A stretch of 63,832 nucleotides of DNA, filler included, from Thelocarpon superellum (taxonomy: Eukaryota): assembly GCA_026025795.1 (NCBI GenBank). It is 10 parts of 10 records of this genome, joined end to end, with 100 filler letters (N's around TTAATTAATTAA, not from the genome) between each part and the next. Parts side by side here need not be neighbours in the genome. Positions count along the whole stretch, not along the records: positions 61,890 to 63,832 come from JAPEUG010000797.1; 9 more parts are not named here. One strand, 5' to 3'. How positions within the stretch are numbered: the first letter of the stretch is position 1; each line of letters begins with the position of its first letter. Shown here in pieces: positions 61,890 through 63,832 of this stretch. Under the pieces are notes generated by a model. That model saw only the letters and a list, made by a program, of their open reading frames with translations. It was not told the DNA's origin and made no database searches. The translations under genes were made by a program, and so were the position numbers.

Positions 61890-63364
61890 GCAAGTTTGAC
61901 GCCCAAGGCGCCGCCGCCAGACCAGCCTAGACCACCGCCGCCACAGTTGAGCCATGAGCCTGCGACCGATGGCTGCAGTTGGTCAGCAATCGCTATGGTC
62001 TGCGTTACGGCCTCGATGATGAAGATGGTGTCGTCGGGGAGGTGGCGGCGCAATGTCGCGGCCACATAGGCGCTCCCGAGGCGTCCGTCGGGTGCTGGAA
62101 CCGCGAGCGTGGCGAGCGCCGCCTGTCGGTCTTCATGCGCGGATGCCAGGTCCGCGCCCCGTTGCTGGTACTTCGCTCCTGAGAGATGGCCGGGCAAGGA
62201 CGCATCGTGCGCGAGATATGCATTTAGCTGCTTCAGCACCTCGTGTGTGTCTGCCCGATAGCGAGCCATGGCCGCCAGGTAGAAGACGGGCATCTGGACC
62301 TTGAGCGGGTCGACGTCGATGTGGTAGATCGTGGCCGAGCCCTTCGGGTGACATTGCGTGTTGATCCATGGCACGTCGCAGTCGAGCAGCAGAATGACGT
62401 CGGCCGAGCGGATCTTCTCCTCGCCGCCGTACCGCAGACCGAGCCAGGCCGGGTGGTTGGCGGGAAAACACGTGTCGCTGCCTCCGCTGTCGCCGACACG
62501 TAGCCCCTTGATTGCGTCGGCTAGCTTGATGAGCTCGGCGACGGATCCGTGCTTGCGTCCGGTGTAGCCGGTGATGACCAAGGGTTCCTCGGCGTGAGCC
62601 ATCGCCGTCGCGATCTCGGCGACTGCGTCTTCTGGTAAGACGCTCGGTTGGACGGGCCGCCAGTGCTTCTGGTTGAGGGTGTACGGCGTCAACTCCTCCT
62701 CCATGACCTCCCGCGCCCCCACAAGGTAGACGGGACCCTGGGGATCACTGGTGGCGAATTGCAGGGCGCGATTGACCATCTGTTTGATGTTTCTGCCCGT
62801 CTTGAGCTCCGCCGTGTACCGGCAGTATTGCCCGATGATGGCCCGTTGGTCGGGCACATCTTGAATCCAATGGATGAATTCCGTGCGCGACCCTCTCATC
62901 TCCCCCTCGATTGTGAAAGGGGAGAGTCCGGCAAAGATCAGGACCGGCGCCCGACCACACGATGCATTGTGCACGGCCGCCCCGAGACCTTGGGTGCCGA
63001 CGTCCACGTGGACGATGACGCATTGTGGCTGGTTGCTGCGGCGGGCATATCCATCGGCCATGGACAATGCCACCATCTACCATGCGGGTCAGTCACGACT
63101 GGACAATGGCCGGGAAACGCATAGCACGATACCTCATTGGGACATGTGATGATGTGTGGAAATTCATCCTTCTTCTCTCGTTGTCCCTTGACAATCGCCT
63201 CGAGGATGCTGGGGTGGTCCGATCCCAGATTCACAAAGCAATTCTTGACGCCGGCCTACCCTCCATCAGCCGAGCTACTTTGGGATGAAACGGTGGACGG
63301 AGGGCGGTGGACGGATACACACCTCCCACAGTGCCTCGAAAAATGCAAAGGAGGCAGTGTACAT
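61890..63364 (-). CDS. Thiamine-diphosphate-dependent enzyme (acetolactate-synthase-like), 3'-truncated by the gap
   Basis: Spliced MYTASFAFFEALWE-AGVKNCFVNLGSDHPSILE...CPNE-MVALSMADGYAR; HVDVGTQ; GGGLGWSGGGALGVKL. Confidence 0.88.
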
Positions 63365-63832
63365 GATGACAATAGGACCGCCTTGTCCCCCAGCGATGGA
63401 TGTGTCCGGTTTGCACTGTCGGCATGACAGTCGAATTCTGCCTCCCTCCCTGGTGGTCGTTTGGTCCTCGTCAAGCTTGGGGCTCCCCGCTCCTCGCTCC
63501 CCCACTTAGTGCTATGCTTGCTCCGTGTGTAGCCGCGCATCGTACTAGTCGGAAAGGGAAAGGAGGGAGCAGCAGCTTCACGAGAAACAGCACTAGAACC
63601 GATGCGCATGCTCATCACACACGTCACAGGGAAAGCAAGATTATAGAAGAGTATACTTCATGGCGAACAGTATTGCGTTATGAGGATACGCAACGACATA
63701 ATGCAGGACAGGCTCGTGGCTGGAAGTCGTGCAGTAGTGCAGCAGCGACGTCGACTTCTACCAAATGGTCCGTTCTGAGCTGGGTATAGCGTCTCGTTAG
63801 AAGCACTACCCTCTTACTTTTCTACGTGTGCC

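Noticed and set aside
61157..63364. HMG-CoA reductase plus TPP enzyme as a terpenoid or secondary-metabolite cluster
   Set aside because: They are separated by an artificial spacer, and no backbone synthase gene is present.

Overview
Eukaryotic DNA from a filamentous ascomycete (Pezizomycotina-type genes, short GT-AG introns with CTRAC-like branch points, GC-rich exons). The window is not one continuous locus. It is ten contig fragments joined by an artificial 100-nt spacer (44 N + TTAATTAATTAA + 44 N), and the eight complete contigs fall in strictly decreasing length (6845 to 6653 bp), so gene adjacency across a spacer means nothing biologically. About 28 protein-coding genes or fragments are supported. 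Most are housekeeping (SRP54, Rom2-type RhoGEF, PET117, VMA10, TGL2-like lipase, PRE6, inositol 5-phosphatase, Rac, TBCE/PAC2, NAR1, PNC1, HMG-CoA reductase). Accessory or uncharacterised genes include a secreted six-LysM protein, a PTH11-like receptor, a PC-esterase/TBL-like GDS protein, an F-box/Zn-binding orphan, a DUF4336 protein and a TPP enzyme. I found no rRNA, tRNA, CRISPR, transposase or convincing new multi-gene system. The most unusual signals are a predicted 2-nt micro-exon inside the lipase catalytic motif, the six-LysM effector candidate, a uORF-rich HMG-CoA reductase leader, a 15/30-bp minisatellite and a possibly decayed secreted-protein gene. All family assignments come from motif recognition by eye, not database searches.
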